NCBI GenBank assembly: GCA_033763905.1
Contig: JANRJP010000052.1
Span: 1 to 64,000, forward strand
Length of the DNA stretch: 64,000 bases
From: Gemmatimonadaceae bacterium
Lineage (GTDB): Bacteria > Gemmatimonadota > Gemmatimonadetes > Gemmatimonadales > Gemmatimonadaceae
Direction: 5' to 3'
Positions 17,526 to 26,973 of this stretch are shown here, in pieces. The first letter of the stretch is position 1; every line of letters starts with the position of its first letter. The notes beneath the pieces are model-generated. The model saw only the letters and a list, made by a program, of their open reading frames with translations, searched no databases and had not been told where the DNA came from. The translations under genes and the position numbers were made by a program.

Positions 17526-18824
17526 ATGAAGCGTCGCGACTTCCTGGCCTCCAGCACGTTGTTCACCGCCGGCGCGATGGCTGGCTTCTCGCCCGCGCCC
17601 GACTGGACACCGCTCCCGCTCGAACCACAGCAGGCGCCGCTGCCGCCGAGCATTACCGCGCTCACGTCGCAGCGAAGCCGGATCCGGCCGATCACGAAGG
17701 AAGAACGCCGCGGACGCATCGAGCGCGCGAAGACGCTGATGGCGCAACAGAAGATCGGTGCGCTGTTCCTCACCGGCGGGACCTCGCTCGTGTACTTCAG
17801 CGGCATCGACTGGGGATTGTCGGAGCGGCTGCTGGCCCTCGTGATTCCGGTGCGCGGCACGCCGTTCATCGTCTGTCCCTCGTTCGAGCGCGACCGCGCG
17901 ATGGAACAGGTGGCGCAGGGCCCGCTCGACGCGAACACCGAAATCCTCACTTGGGAAGAGCACGAGAACCCGTGGGCCCTCTGTGCCAAGGCGCTGCGAG
18001 CCCGCGGACTGGGCACGGCGCGCATCGGCATCGAAGAGACCGTGCGCTTCGTCTTCTCGAACGGCCTCGCCAATGAACTCCCGCAGGCCACGCTCGTGAG
18101 CGGCACGCCGATTTCCGCCGGATGCCGGATGGTGAAGGACGCGCACGAACTCGAGCTGATGATCCTCGCCAACGAGCTCACCCTCACCGCGTACGAAGCG
18201 GCGTGGAAGGGCATCACGCCCGGGATGCAGGCGGCGGAGTTCTCGCGCTGGATCAGCGTTGCGCACGAGCGGCTCGGGGTGCGCGGTGGCGCCAGCGTGC
18301 AGACCGGCGAATTCGCCGCGCTACCGCACGGCTCGATTCAGCCGCAGATCATCACGGAAGGCACGATCATCCTGATCGATGGTGGCTGCTCGGCCGGCGG
18401 CTATGCCTCCGACATCTCGCGCACCTTCGTCGTCGGCACGCCGACCGACAAGATGAAGCGCGTCTTCGATCTGGAGTTCAAGGCGCAGCAGGCCGCGTTG
18501 GCCGCCGCCCGACCTGGCGTCCCCGCCGAACAGGTGGATGCCGCCGCGCGCAAGGTGATCGCCGACGGCGGCTATGGCCCGGACTACAAGTACTTCACGC
18601 ACCGCGTCGGGCACGGGATGGGAATGGACGGCCACGAGTGGCCGTATCTCGTGCGTGGCAACACGGCTCCGCTGGTGCCGGGCAACGTCTTCAGCGACGA
18701 GCCGGGCATCTACCTGCCGGGCGAGTTCGGCGTACGCCTCGAAGACGATATGTACATCACCGAAGACGGCGCCAAACTGATGACGCCCGTCTCGCGGTCC
18801 CTCGAAACGCCGTTCGCGGTCTAG
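17526..18824 (+). CDS. Xaa-Pro peptidase (M24 family) with Tat signal
   Basis: MKRRDFL twin-arginine signal; LPHG, IDGG, YASDISRT, HRVGHGMG, SDEPGIY, GVRLED. Confidence 0.93.
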   Translation: MKRRDFLASSTLFTAGAMAGFSPAPDWTPLPLEPQQAPLPPSITALTSQRSRIRPITKEERRGRIERAKTLMAQQKIGALFLTGGTSLVYFSGIDWGLSERLLALVIPVRGTPFIVCPSFERDRAMEQVAQGPLDANTEILTWEEHENPWALCAKALRARGLGTARIGIEETVRFVFSNGLANELPQATLVSGTPISAGCRMVKDAHELELMILANELTLTAYEAAWKGITPGMQAAEFSRWISVAHERLGVRGGASVQTGEFAALPHGSIQPQIITEGTIILIDGGCSAGGYASDISRTFVVGTPTDKMKRVFDLEFKAQQAALAAARPGVPAEQVDAAARKVIADGGYGPDYKYFTHRVGHGMGMDGHEWPYLVRGNTAPLVPGNVFSDEPGIYLPGEFGVRLEDDMYITEDGAKLMTPVSRSLETPFAV

Positions 18825-18865
18825 CGGCACGCGGGCGATCGCCCGCGTGATGACGGGTGGCGGCG

Positions 18866-19465
18866 CTAGCGGCCGGCGATGTAGCCGGCCACGTACAACA
18901 GCGCCGCCATCGTCTTCATATCCTTGATCGCCCCGGTTCGAATCATCTCGAGCGCCTGCGACAGCGTCACGCGCTCGACTTCGATGAACTCGTCTGCGTC
19001 CTTGCCGTCGGTGGTCGCGGCCACCAGGTCCGTGGCGAGATACAAATGCAGCGTCTCGTCGGTGAATCCCGGCGTGGTGTAGACGGTATAAAGGAACTCG
19101 AGGCGCCCGGCGGCGCAGCCGGTCTCCTCCCGGACTTCCCGCGCCGCACACTCGAGCGGCGTCTCCCCGGGATTCAGCCGCCCGGCCGGAATCTCGTACA
19201 ACACGTCGTTTGCCGCCCAGCGGAACTGCCGAATCAGCAACACCTGCGGGTCGGCACCGCGCGGATCGCTCAGAAACGGAATGATGGCCGACGCCCCGGG
19301 ATGCCGCACGATGTCGAGATGCCCCGTGGTTCCGTTCGGGAACCGCACGTCATCGGCATCCAGGCGAAACACCGGGCCCTCGAAGCGCGTCTGCCGCGCG
19401 AGCAACTCGCCCCGCCCGTCGCGCCCGTCGCCGTCGCCAGACCCTGCGCCAAGCGCGCCACTCAC
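18866..19465 (-). CDS. NUDIX hydrolase (ADP-ribose pyrophosphatase-like)
   Basis: HPGA, IRQFR, Nudix box EIPAGRLNPGETPLECAAREVREETG, TPGFTDE; GTG 19465 in a GTGA overlap. Confidence 0.9.
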   Translation of the reverse strand: MSGALGAGSGDGDGRDGRGELLARQTRFEGPVFRLDADDVRFPNGTTGHLDIVRHPGASAIIPFLSDPRGADPQVLLIRQFRWAANDVLYEIPAGRLNPGETPLECAAREVREETGCAAGRLEFLYTVYTTPGFTDETLHLYLATDLVAATTDGKDADEFIEVERVTLSQALEMIRTGAIKDMKTMAALLYVAGYIAGR

Positions 19466-20862
19466 GGCAGCACTCCGGGCACCACCGCCACGGGACCCAG
19501 CGCCATCGCCTCGACGCGCGGCTGAATCGTCGCGGCGTCCCCGACGACGACGATCTGCCACGCGGCGGGATCCAGGTGACGCTGCATCGCCGCCTGCACG
19601 TCCGACACCGTCACGGCGCGAACGCGCTCCCGATACTTCGTGAACCAGTCTGCCGGCAGGCCGAACGTGACCATCGCGGCGAGGGCATCGGCGATCGCGC
19701 CGCTGGTTTCGTAGCGGAGCGGAAACACACCGTCGAGATAGCTCTGCGCGAGCGACAACTCGTCGGCAGTGACACCATCGTTCCGAATGCGATCGAGTTC
19801 ACCAAGCAGTTCGCGCAGCGCCGGTTCCGTGACCCCGGTCTCAACCGCTGCGCTCGCCACGAACGGGCCTGCTTGCCGCCGCCAGTCAAAACCCGATCCT
19901 GCGCCGTACGTGAAGCCGTTGCGCTCGCGGAGGTTCATATTCAGCCGCGAGTTGAACAGTCCGCCCAGAATCGCGTTGCCGAGCACCAGCGGGAAGTAGT
20001 CCGGGTGCGTCCGGGGCACGCCGACGTGACCGACACGCAGTTCGCTCTGCGTGGCGCCCGGCCGATCGACGAGCACGACGCGTCGCGCCGACGCGGTGCG
20101 GCGGTCATCCACCGTCACCCGCGAGGGTGCGGCGCCACGGAAGTCGCGAAGTGCCGCCCCGATCAGCCGCTCGGCCTGGTCGCCCGTGATGTCGCCGACC
20201 ACGATGATCGTGCTCCCCCCGCGCCGCCACCGCGACGCCGCGTACGCCCGACACGCGTCGGCGTCGAGCGCGCTGACGCTCGCGCGCGTGCCAGCCGCCG
20301 AGCGACCGAACCGCGAGCCGTCGCGATACACGCTCGCGGCAAAGTGCTCGTCCGCCAGCCCGCGCGGTTCCTTCTCGGCGTGCGCGATATCCGCCAGCCG
20401 CTCGGCCTTCAATCGCTCCACTTCCCGCTCCGGGAACGCGGGCGATGTGAGCAGCTCCGCGAACAAGCCAAGCGCCGGCTCGACGTGCTTGCGCAAGGCG
20501 GTGAAGCTGGCGTAGCCGCCATCCCAGTCCGCGCTGGCGTCGATCGCCGTGCCCAGCCCCTCGGCCGCCAGCGCGAACGCCGCACCGTCGTACTGCCGTG
20601 TCCCTTCGGTCATCGCGCGGGCGGTCAACATCGCCAGCCCTTCGGCGCCGGGCGCGTCCGCGTCGGCGCCGGCGTCCGTCACCAACAAGACCGACACGAG
20701 CGGCAGCGCGTGCGCCGGCGCGACCAGCAGACTGAGCCCATCGCCGAGCGTGCGGCGCTCCACGGTCGGGAACTGCCACGGTCTCGACGCGGCGGCGCCC
20801 GGCCGCGCCGGCCCGCGCAGCAGGAAGTCATCCGACATCGTCGGCTCGATCGTGTGGCTCAT
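19462..20862 (-). CDS. M16 family peptidase, non-catalytic partner subunit
   Basis: No HxxEH; has NAILGG.FNSRLNMNLRERNGFTYG (R/Y motif). Confidence 0.9.
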   Translation of the reverse strand: MSHTIEPTMSDDFLLRGPARPGAAASRPWQFPTVERRTLGDGLSLLVAPAHALPLVSVLLVTDAGADADAPGAEGLAMLTARAMTEGTRQYDGAAFALAAEGLGTAIDASADWDGGYASFTALRKHVEPALGLFAELLTSPAFPEREVERLKAERLADIAHAEKEPRGLADEHFAASVYRDGSRFGRSAAGTRASVSALDADACRAYAASRWRRGGSTIIVVGDITGDQAERLIGAALRDFRGAAPSRVTVDDRRTASARRVVLVDRPGATQSELRVGHVGVPRTHPDYFPLVLGNAILGGLFNSRLNMNLRERNGFTYGAGSGFDWRRQAGPFVASAAVETGVTEPALRELLGELDRIRNDGVTADELSLAQSYLDGVFPLRYETSGAIADALAAMVTFGLPADWFTKYRERVRAVTVSDVQAAMQRHLDPAAWQIVVVGDAATIQPRVEAMALGPVAVVPGVLP

Positions 20863-22163
20863 GCCGACACCTCGGCGGCGGTTGCCTGCGGCGACGTCTC
20901 GCGAGGCACGTACGCCAGCACCGCGCGGTTGTCGCGCCCGCAGCGCGCCTTGGCGAACGCATTCACCCGCTCCGTCGTGACGGCGCGATACCGCTCGGGT
21001 TCCCCGTTCAGACGATGCGGATCGCCGAGGTAGGTCGCGAACTGGCTCAGGCGATCGGCGCGGGTCCCCGCGGATTGCAGCGCGCGAATCAAGTCGGTCT
21101 CCACCAGGGCCTGTGCCCGGGCGAGTTCGGCGTCGTCCACACCCAGCGCCTGCAGGGCGTCGAGCTGCGCGTGCACTGCGTGTTCCAACGTCTCGACTGA
21201 CACGCCGGGCGCGCCCGTGATGTCCACCACGAGCAGATCGCTGCCGCGCGACAGATCGAACGTGTACGCACCGACGTCGACCGCGATCTGTCGGGTGCGC
21301 ACCAGCCCGCGGTACAAGCGGCTGCCTCGCCGCGCACCGAGCACCGCGGCGGTCAACTGCGCGTCGTACCAGCCATCGCTGCCGAACACCGGGGATCGCA
21401 GCGCGACGATCACGCGAGCGGCCGGTACGTCATCGGGCACGACTTCTCGAGGCGGCGTGGGACCGAACGACGCCGGAGCGTCGAAGCTGGGCAACGCCGG
21501 CTGGCCGCGTCCTCGCGGGATGGGACCGTAGTACGCCTCGACCAGTCGCTTCGCCTCGCCGGGGTCGAAGTCGCCCGCGATCGTCAGCACTGCGTTGTCC
21601 GGCGTGTACCACGTGCGGAAGAACTCGGCCACATCGTCGAGCGACGCGGCGTCGAGATCTTCCATCGATCCGATCAGCGAGTGGTGGTAGGGATGCGAAG
21701 GCGGGAACGCCAAGGCGGGCAGCTTCTCCCACCACGTGCCGTAGGGCTGGTTGTCCATCGACCACAGGCGTTCGTTCTTCACGACGCTGCGCTGCGTGTC
21801 GAGCTTCTCCTGCGTCATCGCCGGCAGCAGACGGGCCATCCGGTCGGCTTCGAGCCACAGCGCCAGCGCCAGCTGGTGCGACGGCACCGTCTCGAAGTAG
21901 TTGGTGCGATCGAGCCACGTGCTGCCGTTGAGCGTGCCGCCAGCCCGCTGCACGAGTTCGAAGTGCTCGTTCGCGCCCACGTTCGCCGAGCCTTGAAACA
22001 GCATATGCTCGAATAGGTGCGCGAACCCGGTGCGACCGGCGCGTTCGTTCGCGGACCCGACGCGATACCACAGGTTGACCGCGACGATCGGTGCCGTGTG
22101 ATCCTCCGACAGCGTGACACGGAGGCCGTTCGGCAGGTGATACGTCTCGATGGGAATGTGCAT
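20859..22163 (-). CDS. M16 family zinc peptidase, catalytic subunit
   Basis: LPNGL, GFAHLFEHMLF (HxxEH), NGSTWLDRTNY, WYTPDNAVL. Confidence 0.93.
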   Translation of the reverse strand: MHIPIETYHLPNGLRVTLSEDHTAPIVAVNLWYRVGSANERAGRTGFAHLFEHMLFQGSANVGANEHFELVQRAGGTLNGSTWLDRTNYFETVPSHQLALALWLEADRMARLLPAMTQEKLDTQRSVVKNERLWSMDNQPYGTWWEKLPALAFPPSHPYHHSLIGSMEDLDAASLDDVAEFFRTWYTPDNAVLTIAGDFDPGEAKRLVEAYYGPIPRGRGQPALPSFDAPASFGPTPPREVVPDDVPAARVIVALRSPVFGSDGWYDAQLTAAVLGARRGSRLYRGLVRTRQIAVDVGAYTFDLSRGSDLLVVDITGAPGVSVETLEHAVHAQLDALQALGVDDAELARAQALVETDLIRALQSAGTRADRLSQFATYLGDPHRLNGEPERYRAVTTERVNAFAKARCGRDNRAVLAYVPRETSPQATAAEVSA

Positions 22164-22221
22164 CCGGGGAAAGCTAGACGGGGGCCAAGGGGCGCGCGCT
22201 CACCCGTGCCCGGATACGCGG

Positions 22222-22839
22222 TTACTGCAGGCCGGGTTCCAGCAGAAAGGCCGTCGGGGCCTTGAAGGACTCGCTGAGCACGTAACTCAACCACGCCGTC
22301 TCGCGTTCCCGCGTGGGGGAGGTCGACGGCTGCAAGCCATAGCGCCGGGCGAGAATCGCCGCGCGCAGCATATGCGGTGGATCGCTGACCAGCATCACCC
22401 GTGTCCAGCCGCGCGTCTGCAGCATCTCGGCGACCGCACGCAGCGATTCCCGCGTCGTGCGGCCATCGTGCTCGAGCAGCAGCACGCTATCGGGCACCCC
22501 GACGCGCAGCAGATACCGGCGGCTCGCCGCCGCTTCGCTCATCGTGTCGCCCAGTCCCACACCGCCAGTCAGCATCACGCGCGGCGCCGTGCCGCGGGCA
22601 AACAGCGCCGCCGCGTGATCGAGCCGCGCCTTGAGGACTGGCGAGGGCTTGCCGCCGTAGTGCGCCGCGCCAAGGACCACGATCGCGTCCGCCGTACCGC
22701 CGGCAGCGGCATCGTCGCGCCACGCGACCACCACCACGCTGGCGGCCGCAAGCATCCATCCGGTGGCGAGGCCAATCGACGTGCCGAGCACGAGACGGCG
22801 CCAGCGACGCGCACGACGAAGGGGTGGAACGGTCGACAT
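22222..22839 (-). CDS. YdcF/ElyC-like (DUF218) protein
   Basis: DAIVVLGAA, RLDHA, LTGG, SEA, TTRES, VSDPPHMLRA. Confidence 0.88.
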   Translation of the reverse strand: MSTVPPLRRARRWRRLVLGTSIGLATGWMLAAASVVVVAWRDDAAAGGTADAIVVLGAAHYGGKPSPVLKARLDHAAALFARGTAPRVMLTGGVGLGDTMSEAAASRRYLLRVGVPDSVLLLEHDGRTTRESLRAVAEMLQTRGWTRVMLVSDPPHMLRAAILARRYGLQPSTSPTRERETAWLSYVLSESFKAPTAFLLEPGLQ

Positions 22840-22874
22840 CGAAGAGGCAAAGCTAGCGCGCGCGCCCGCCCGCG

Positions 22875-23441
22875 TCAGCGGCGATCGACCCCGAGTTCCA
22901 TCACGCCGAGCCAGAACGCATCGAACACCGCGCGCCGATCGCGGGCCGGATCACTCGCCGCCGCGATCACGAGCCCGTCGACGACGCTGGCGAAGAGTTC
23001 GCCGATCGCCGCCGCGGAGATGCGCGGGGTCAGGTCGAACGCCGCGAACACTGCCGTGACCGTCTCCTCCGACTGGGTGCGACGCGCTTCGGCAGATCGG
23101 ACGAGGGCCTCGCGCACGAGGGGACCAGCACCGGCGGCCAGTTCCAGCAGCACACGGCGATGGCCAATCGCCACTTCCGCGGTCAGCCACATCCACAAGC
23201 TGTCGAGCGCGGTGGCGCCCTCCAGCCGCTGCACCAGTTCACGTTCCCGCGCCAGACATTCGGTCGTCAGCCACTCGGTGGTGCGGGCGAGCAGCGTGTC
23301 CTTGTCGTGGTAGTGGTAGTGAATCAGCCCCTTGCTCACTTCGGCCTGGGCGGCGACATCGTGCATCGTCAGCAACATCGGCCCGACCGCTGCCAAGCGC
23401 TCGGCCGTGGCGGTGAGAATGCGTCGAGCCGCCGCGCTCAC
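22875..23441 (-). CDS. TetR/AcrR family transcriptional regulator
   Basis: TMHDVAAQAEVSKGLIHYHYHDKDTL helix-turn-helix; GTG 23441 overlaps the upstream stop. Confidence 0.87.
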   Translation of the reverse strand: MSAAARRILTATAERLAAVGPMLLTMHDVAAQAEVSKGLIHYHYHDKDTLLARTTEWLTTECLARERELVQRLEGATALDSLWMWLTAEVAIGHRRVLLELAAGAGPLVREALVRSAEARRTQSEETVTAVFAAFDLTPRISAAAIGELFASVVDGLVIAAASDPARDRRAVFDAFWLGVMELGVDRR

Positions 23442-24868
23442 ACGACCTCCACCCGCTGGCCCGGCGTCGGGCACGTCACGCGATAGCCCGCCGTCGTGAG
23501 CGACGCGGCGAAGGCGTCCATCGCCGGGGGTTCGCCGTGCACCAGGTATACATCGCGCAGCCGCGGACTCCGTGCGCGCACGGCATCCAGCCAGCGGCGC
23601 AGATCGCCACGATCCGCGTGCGCGCTGTAGCCGCTGAGCACTTCCACCCGGGCGCGAAGCGGCACCTCGTCGCCCAGAATGCGCAGTGTCGGCTGCCGCT
23701 CGACGATGCGACGGCCCAGTGTGTGTTCCGCCTGAAATCCGACGATGAGAATCGTCGTGCGAGGATCCGGCGCACCGTGCGCCAAATGGTGCAGTATGCG
23801 GCCGGACTCGCACATCCCACTGGCGGCGATGATCACCGCGGGGCCCTTGAGCGCGTTCAGCGCCTTCGACTGCTCCACCGTCCGCGCGTAGGACGCCAAC
23901 TCGAAGTCGAAGGGGTTGTCGTGGGCACGCATCATCGGTTCGCCGCGATCGAACAATTCGCGATGCGCCTCGAAAATCGCGGTCGCGTTGATCGCCAACG
24001 GCGAATCCACGTAAATCGGAATCCGTGGAATCGCCTGTTCGTGCCACAAGATGTGCAGATCATACAGCAGTTCCTGCGTGCGACCGACGGCGAAGGCGGG
24101 AATCAGGACTTTGCCCCCCTTTGCGGCCGTCTCGCGGACGATCTCGCCCAACCGTGCACGCGCATCGGCGGTCCCCAAGTGGTCGCGATCACCGTAGGTG
24201 CTCTCGATGATCACGACATCGGCGTCGGCGGGCGGATCCGGATCGCGAATGATGTCCATTCCCCAGCGTCCGATGTCGCCCGAGAACACGATGCGCCGAG
24301 TGCCGGCGTCGGTCTCGATGTCCAGTGCCACGCTCGCGGAGCCGAGGATGTGACCGGCTTCGTGAAAGGTCGCGCGCCAGCCCGGCAGCACCTGCGTCGC
24401 GCGACCCAGCGGCACACCGGTCATCTGGTCCATCGTGCGGTCGACCGCGTCCAGGTCGTAGAGGGGCTCCGCGTGCTCACGACCACGACGCGCCAGAAAC
24501 TGGGCATCCTTGATCTGAATATGCGCGGAGTCCCGCAGCATCAACCCGCACAGATCGCGGGTCGCCGCCGTGGCGACGATATCGCCCCGAAACCCGCGGC
24601 TGGTGAGAAACGGCAGACGGCCCGCGTGGTCGATGTGCGCGTGACTCAGCACCACGGCGTCCAACCGCTCGGGAGCAAGCGGGAGTCGTTCGTTCTGCTT
24701 TCGCGACTCGGCCCGTCGGCCTTGAAAGAGGCCGCAGTCCAGCATCACCGTCCGCGTGCCCGAGCGCACGATGTGACACGACCCTGTCACCTGCCGCGCG
24801 GCCCCCTCGAACTGGATCGTCAGCGGTCCCTGGGGCGCATCGGAGGCCCGGCGACGGTGGTCAGCCAC
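23438..24868 (-). CDS. MBL-fold beta-CASP ribonuclease-like protein
   Basis: [71 protein letters not shown]. Confidence 0.93.
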   Translation of the reverse strand: MADHRRRASDAPQGPLTIQFEGAARQVTGSCHIVRSGTRTVMLDCGLFQGRRAESRKQNERLPLAPERLDAVVLSHAHIDHAGRLPFLTSRGFRGDIVATAATRDLCGLMLRDSAHIQIKDAQFLARRGREHAEPLYDLDAVDRTMDQMTGVPLGRATQVLPGWRATFHEAGHILGSASVALDIETDAGTRRIVFSGDIGRWGMDIIRDPDPPADADVVIIESTYGDRDHLGTADARARLGEIVRETAAKGGKVLIPAFAVGRTQELLYDLHILWHEQAIPRIPIYVDSPLAINATAIFEAHRELFDRGEPMMRAHDNPFDFELASYARTVEQSKALNALKGPAVIIAASGMCESGRILHHLAHGAPDPRTTILIVGFQAEHTLGRRIVERQPTLRILGDEVPLRARVEVLSGYSAHADRGDLRRWLDAVRARSPRLRDVYLVHGEPPAMDAFAASLTTAGYRVTCPTPGQRVEVV

Positions 24869-25061
24869 CGGCCGACTCGCGCGAGAAGACGACCGTCAGG
24901 CGATCCTCGGCGTGCGCGAGTCGTTCGAGCCGCCAGCCCGACCGACTGCGCTCGTTCAGCAGGTCGGTCAACATCTCCTCGTCCTCGCGGGGATGCCGCG
25001 TCGTGCGGAGCATTACGGCCTGGTATTCAGTCATATCGTGTTACGCTGTAGCTTCTGCAGC

Positions 25062-25712
25062 GTGATGACAACCCCTGCGCACGGTTCCACGCTCACCGTC
25101 GTGTCGCACCCGTTGGTGCAACACAAATTGTCCCTCCTCCGGGACCGCGCCACGCCGACGAAGCAGTTCAAGGAGCTCGTCGAAGAGCTCGCGACGCTGG
25201 TGGGCTACGAAGCCACGCGCGATCTGGCGCTCGAGCCGGTGGCGGTCGATACGCCGCTCGAAACCGCCACCTGCCACCGCGTCGCGGGAAAGAAGCTGGT
25301 CCTCGTGCCCGTGCTCCGTGCCGGCCTCGGAATGGTCGAAGGCGTGCTGCGTCTGGTCCCCTCGGCGCGAGTTGGCCACATCGGGTTGTATCGCGACCAC
25401 GACACGCTGCAACCGGTGGACTACTACTTCCGCGTACCGGGCGACGCGTCGTCACGGCAGTTCCTGTTGCTCGATCCAATGCTCGCGACTGGCGGGTCGG
25501 CCTCGGCGGCGGTGCAGTCGCTCAAGCGCGCGGGTGCCACCGCCATCCGGTTGCTCTGCCTCGTGGCGGCACCAGAGGGCGTCGCGCGGCTCGCCAGCGA
25601 CCATCCGGACGTGCACGTCTTCACCGCAGCACTCGATCGCGGCCTGAACGAGAACGGGTACATCGTCCCGGGCCTCGGCGACGCCGGCGATCGGTTGTTC
25701 GGCACCCGCTGA
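25062..25712 (+). CDS. upp: Uracil phosphoribosyltransferase
   Basis: [50 protein letters not shown]. Confidence 0.96.
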   Translation: MMTTPAHGSTLTVVSHPLVQHKLSLLRDRATPTKQFKELVEELATLVGYEATRDLALEPVAVDTPLETATCHRVAGKKLVLVPVLRAGLGMVEGVLRLVPSARVGHIGLYRDHDTLQPVDYYFRVPGDASSRQFLLLDPMLATGGSASAAVQSLKRAGATAIRLLCLVAAPEGVARLASDHPDVHVFTAALDRGLNENGYIVPGLGDAGDRLFGTR

Positions 25713-25714
25713 GC

Positions 25715-25749
25715 TTTTCCACGGTGGAAAAAAGGGGTCGATTTCCACA
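25715..25749. promoter_or_regulatory. Palindrome TTTTCCAC-G-GTGGAAAA plus ATTTCCACA: DnaA-box-like cluster
   Basis: Three TTWTNCACA-like 9-mers in a short AT-rich intergenic patch. Confidence 0.45.
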
Positions 25750-25846
25750 TTCCTATTGCTCGCTTTCACGCGGCGTCCTATCTTGCCCGCCGTCGCCGGT
25801 TGGTCGGCGAGCGCTCGACTGACCGTCGTCCCCCTTCAGGCCGCGA

Positions 25847-26788
25847 ATGTTGATCAACCTGCTGCCGGACTTTTTCGCAGTCCTCAACAGCACAGACCGC
25901 GTCGCCGCCTACAAGCGCTACTACGACACGCACCGTCGCATCCTCGAGGCGTACTGGCACAATTACGTCCTCGATCCTGACGGTCCGCATTTCGCCGAAG
26001 TCGCCCGTGCGACGGTGCTGGCCGATCGCACCGATCTCCGCGGGATGCTCGAGCGCACCGATGTCGTGACCTTGGCCCGCCGGACGGAAGAGCTCTGCGC
26101 CGTACTGCTCGAGAGCGACACCGTCGTCGACGTCGTCCTGATGGTTGGGGTCGGCGCGGCCAATGCCGGCGAGCTCGTGATCGATGGACGCGGCACGGCG
26201 TTCATTTGCCTGGAGCATTTCACCTCGGTCGCCAATCCCGACACGCAGGGCCTCGGGCTCGACCCCGAGCTGATTCCGATGTGGCTCGCGCACGAAATCG
26301 CGCACGCCGTGCGCTATACGAGCCCGGGATCGCAGTCGTCGATGAAGCAGGCGATCGAAGCCTCGAACAATTTCTATTCGTATTGGGACACCGGCCGCCG
26401 CGTCCCGCTGCGCGAGCATCTCGTGAACGAAGGCCTCGCCGTGCACGTCGCTCGCCAGGTCAGCCCCGGGCACGCGGCGTGGGAGTACTTCGGGTACGGC
26501 CGGCGCCAGTACGCGCGCGTGCGTGAACTCGAATCCCAGCTCGCCCGCCTGGCCGACGACGATCTCGATCGCGCCGCGCTCGGCCTGCGGCTGCGGTGGC
26601 TGTCGGGCGGAATGAGCGATCAGGCGCGCACCGTCGATCGGTGGGTGTTGCCCGAACGCGCTGGCTATTTCCTGGGCGCGCGGATGGTCGACGCCGCCGT
26701 CCAGCAGAAGGGACTCGCCTGGGCCGTGCGTGCCCGCGCGGAAGAATTGATCCTGCAGTCGTCCGGCAGCTTCGCCTCGGCCGGCTGA
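25847..26788 (+). CDS. Putative Zn-dependent protease (DUF2268-like)
   Basis: LAHEIAHAVR (HExxH), downstream LVNEGLAV, C-terminal GYFLG. Confidence 0.72.
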   Translation: MLINLLPDFFAVLNSTDRVAAYKRYYDTHRRILEAYWHNYVLDPDGPHFAEVARATVLADRTDLRGMLERTDVVTLARRTEELCAVLLESDTVVDVVLMVGVGAANAGELVIDGRGTAFICLEHFTSVANPDTQGLGLDPELIPMWLAHEIAHAVRYTSPGSQSSMKQAIEASNNFYSYWDTGRRVPLREHLVNEGLAVHVARQVSPGHAAWEYFGYGRRQYARVRELESQLARLADDDLDRAALGLRLRWLSGGMSDQARTVDRWVLPERAGYFLGARMVDAAVQQKGLAWAVRARAEELILQSSGSFASAG

Positions 26789-26973
26789 CGCGCCTCGCGC
26801 GCGGCTGGCGTTCGTTCGACGTTCGCGGTTGCACCACACGAAGGTTCGCGCAAGTCGTGATGCGGGGGTCCGGGCCCCCCATCACCTCCGGCGCGAACCT
26901 TTCGTGCGTTCCGCGGGTCGGCGTCGCGCGACGCCGTCCTGCGCGCATCGCGCGCCGCGCGCGCGACGCGCCG

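Noticed and set aside
26789..26973. 6S RNA
   Set aside because: The length fits but there is no clear A/U-rich central bubble and the gene context is not typical; left as an unassigned hairpin.
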